NCBI RefSeq assembly: GCF_037042905.1
Contig: NC_087245.1
Coordinates: 34,226,001 to 34,290,000, forward strand
DNA from: Lytechinus pictus
Taxonomy: Eukaryota
Direction of reading: 5' to 3'
Length of the DNA: 64,000 bases
Below are positions 61,637 to 64,000 of this stretch, one piece after another. The notes below the pieces were generated by a model. The model was not told the DNA's origin. It saw nothing but the letters and a program-made list of their open reading frames with translations, and searched no databases. Each line of letters starts with the position of its first letter. Positions within the stretch are counted from its first letter, which is position 1. The translations under genes and the position numbers were made by a program.

Positions 61637-62597
61637 CTTAAACAGAAAGTTTACAAAAAAAAATCTTTAAAAGATGAAGCAGTATAAAGATCAACAAAGG
61701 ATTCTAGATGTATAACATCTTATCTTAAGATCTTTTACCAGAGTTATCTAAAAGGCTTCACCAACTAGTTCTTTCCTTGCCGTTTATCACGAGCAATCTA
61801 AAAAAATGTAAAGAGCATACTAATGCCTAAAATTATCAGATACTCTGCCCAAACGGATTTGATTTAGTCGATTCAGCAGGAAAAGGTATAGAATCAAGAT
61901 ATGATTTTGAATAATTATCTGATGAACAAAGTGATATAAATAAATGATAAAACTCCGATATGGACAATCCAAGTGTTTTATGAGAGGATTTTTCTGATGT
62001 TTAATTCGTTGCAAAAACATATTTGAAATCAATTGCAAATTTCTGATGCTGATTTACATTGGAAGTAAAGTAGACCATCAATCAAGAGCACAATTGAATT
62101 CAATTACAATATTGCTTTAGGACCCAAAATTGACTTGCAATAACTGCAAGTCAATTGGAACACCCCAGTAGTTTGTTTCATCTGCAGTCAGACACCGGTG
62201 CTTCTCAGCCAAACAAATCCAAGGAAAATAGTCAGATGATCACAGCTCCTACTATGGTAAGATTTAATGTCGGATAAAGCAGGACTTGTCAGATATTTTC
62301 AGAGACCGTAAGAACTGCGCTTCTCAGTCGATCACCGAAAGTTGTCAGATCTGTCAACTTGTCGACCTGAGGAGCATCTCATGAAAGGACTTGTCAGATG
62401 TTTTTAATCCTCTTTTACCAGACATAGGAACTGTGCTCAGCCAATCATATTCAAGAAAATTTGTCAGTTCTGTTTTATCCAACAGGAATTTTGCTTCTCT
62501 TCCAATCAAAGACAAGGAGGATTGTCAGATCCGACACTTTGTCGACCTGACAACTTATTGGACGACAAACGCCTGCCTGCGTCATGGAGTTACTTAC

Positions 62598-62807
62598 TTT
62601 GATAGGGTGACTGGTGTATGGAGTGGAAGTGGGCAGTGGTGAGGATTGCTTGCCGGTGGGTGACGATGCCTTGATGTTAACATCGTTTGGTGATGACTGC
62701 CCGCCTCCGTTGCGTGCATTGTTCTGTTGGCTTCCTTTGTTAGGGTTCTTTGGCTTCCTCTTTCGTGTCTGAATACCATCCTTTTTCATCGCTAGAGGGC
62801 GGTTTAC
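62598..62807 (-). CDS. GATAe: GATA4/5/6 (GataE) exon with the basic tail of the C-terminal zinc finger
   Basis: VNRPLAMKKDGIQTRKRKPKN is the GATA4/5/6 form (TRKRKPK, versus TRNRK in GATA1/2/3). tag acceptor at 62808-62810, gtaagt donor at 62592-62597, 210 nt. Confidence 0.92.
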
Positions 62808-62817
62808 CTACAGATGA

Positions 62818-62905
62818 AATAATAATAATAACAACATCGACAATTATAATTATAATAATGATAATAATAATAATATTAATAATAATAATATTAATAATAA
62901 TAATA
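62818..62905. repeat. (AAT)n microsatellite in a GATA intron
   Basis: Direct reading of the sequence. Confidence 0.85.
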
Positions 62906-64000
62906 GCGATAACCACAGAAACACGACATGATTGACATAAATACATTAGTATAGTCCTTATCCGACAGGCGTTCTCTTATTAATCAAAGCGCAAAGGGAC
63001 ATGACAGAAATCCATTTTGTACTGATAAATAATTCTCTTGATTTTCCTAAGTGATATATGCCTATTTTTGTAAGGAATACATTCCATGGCTGGTGAACTA
63101 TATTATTCCTGTCATTTTTTTAAAATATCTATTGAGGATTTCGATTCGTCATCTCTGATGATCTAAGTGATGTGCATCTTCTAGACTTAATTCCCTTCTT
63201 TTCAAAACAAAGATTATTATTATTTGGTTTACAGAAATATCAAGAGAAAAAAATCTTCTTACAGTTTCAAGTATGATATGTTATGAAGATGAAATGAATA
63301 GCAATTATCTTTGATATACAGGTAAATGGTTTATAAAGGAAGAAAAAATTCTATCAAAATTTTAAGTTTACCCAAGGTAGAGTCTATTCATGACAATTTT
63401 GTATAATAGTAAACTTTTGAGATAAGGCCGAAACGTTTTCCTTTACAATGGTTTGTTCTGCTCTTTTTTATTGATGTCTATTGAATAAACCATTAAATGA
63501 AATGAAATAACGTCAATCCCGATTCGCAATGCAAATCTTTAAACTTAGAAAAATAGTAATTAAAAAAAAAGTTTGTCTGTCGTCTAAACTTCCATCTCCC
63601 TGGTTAAAAATAATAAAAAGACCATAATATTGTGTAACATGGTCCGGTCAAACAATGTCCTTTTACAATGACCCCAGAGCTGGCAAGGTCACTCATCTAT
63701 TTGGTGCTAATCAAAAAGACCTAAGGAAACCGGAGGATGTCCACTACGGTCACTTTTCACTGATATTACGAAACAAATTGTCTATTATCATCCTCAACAA
63801 GCGATAAGTCGAGATAGTAAGGGATATTTCGTTTGTTTTGGAAGTCAGTTGTACTTTTAATGAGGTAAACCTGCAGTTCAACATCAAAAAGTATATCGTA
63901 TTGACATGATCAAGGGCAACATTAGTCTCATCTCATTTTCCTCTGTAATATGGATATTCGATCTTAAAATAATCATTACCTTATTATATTTCAATCACTT

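Noticed and set aside
62740..62946. Poly-Ile ORFs
   Set aside because: They are translations of the intronic (AAT)n microsatellite.

Overview
Eukaryotic, intron-containing, AT-rich DNA; the SINEs, MITEs and GATA sequence look echinoderm (sea-urchin-like), which is an inference. 1-27.2 kb is a tandem segmental triplication (periods about 11.06 and 12.56 kb). Each unit carries a decayed multi-exon minus-strand gene. Splicing its exons by hand gives ADP-ribosyltransferase-like motifs, and the inactivating stops are shared by all copies. Two arrays of a ~52-bp satellite lie at the 3' ends of copies 2 and 3, and a fourth relic copy lies near 34.3-34.6 kb. 27-45 kb is mostly MITEs, SINEs and simple repeats, plus a GC-rich double hairpin at 33.6 kb. 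An ABT1/ESF2 gene lies on the minus strand at 45.5-47.0 kb. 47.3-55.4 kb is a stack of nested DNA transposons, including three AcademH-like elements with 9-10 bp target-site duplications; one retains 5' fragments of a zinc-finger gene and a RecQ-like helicase gene. The window ends with the last two coding exons of a GATA4/5/6 (GataE) gene on the minus strand.
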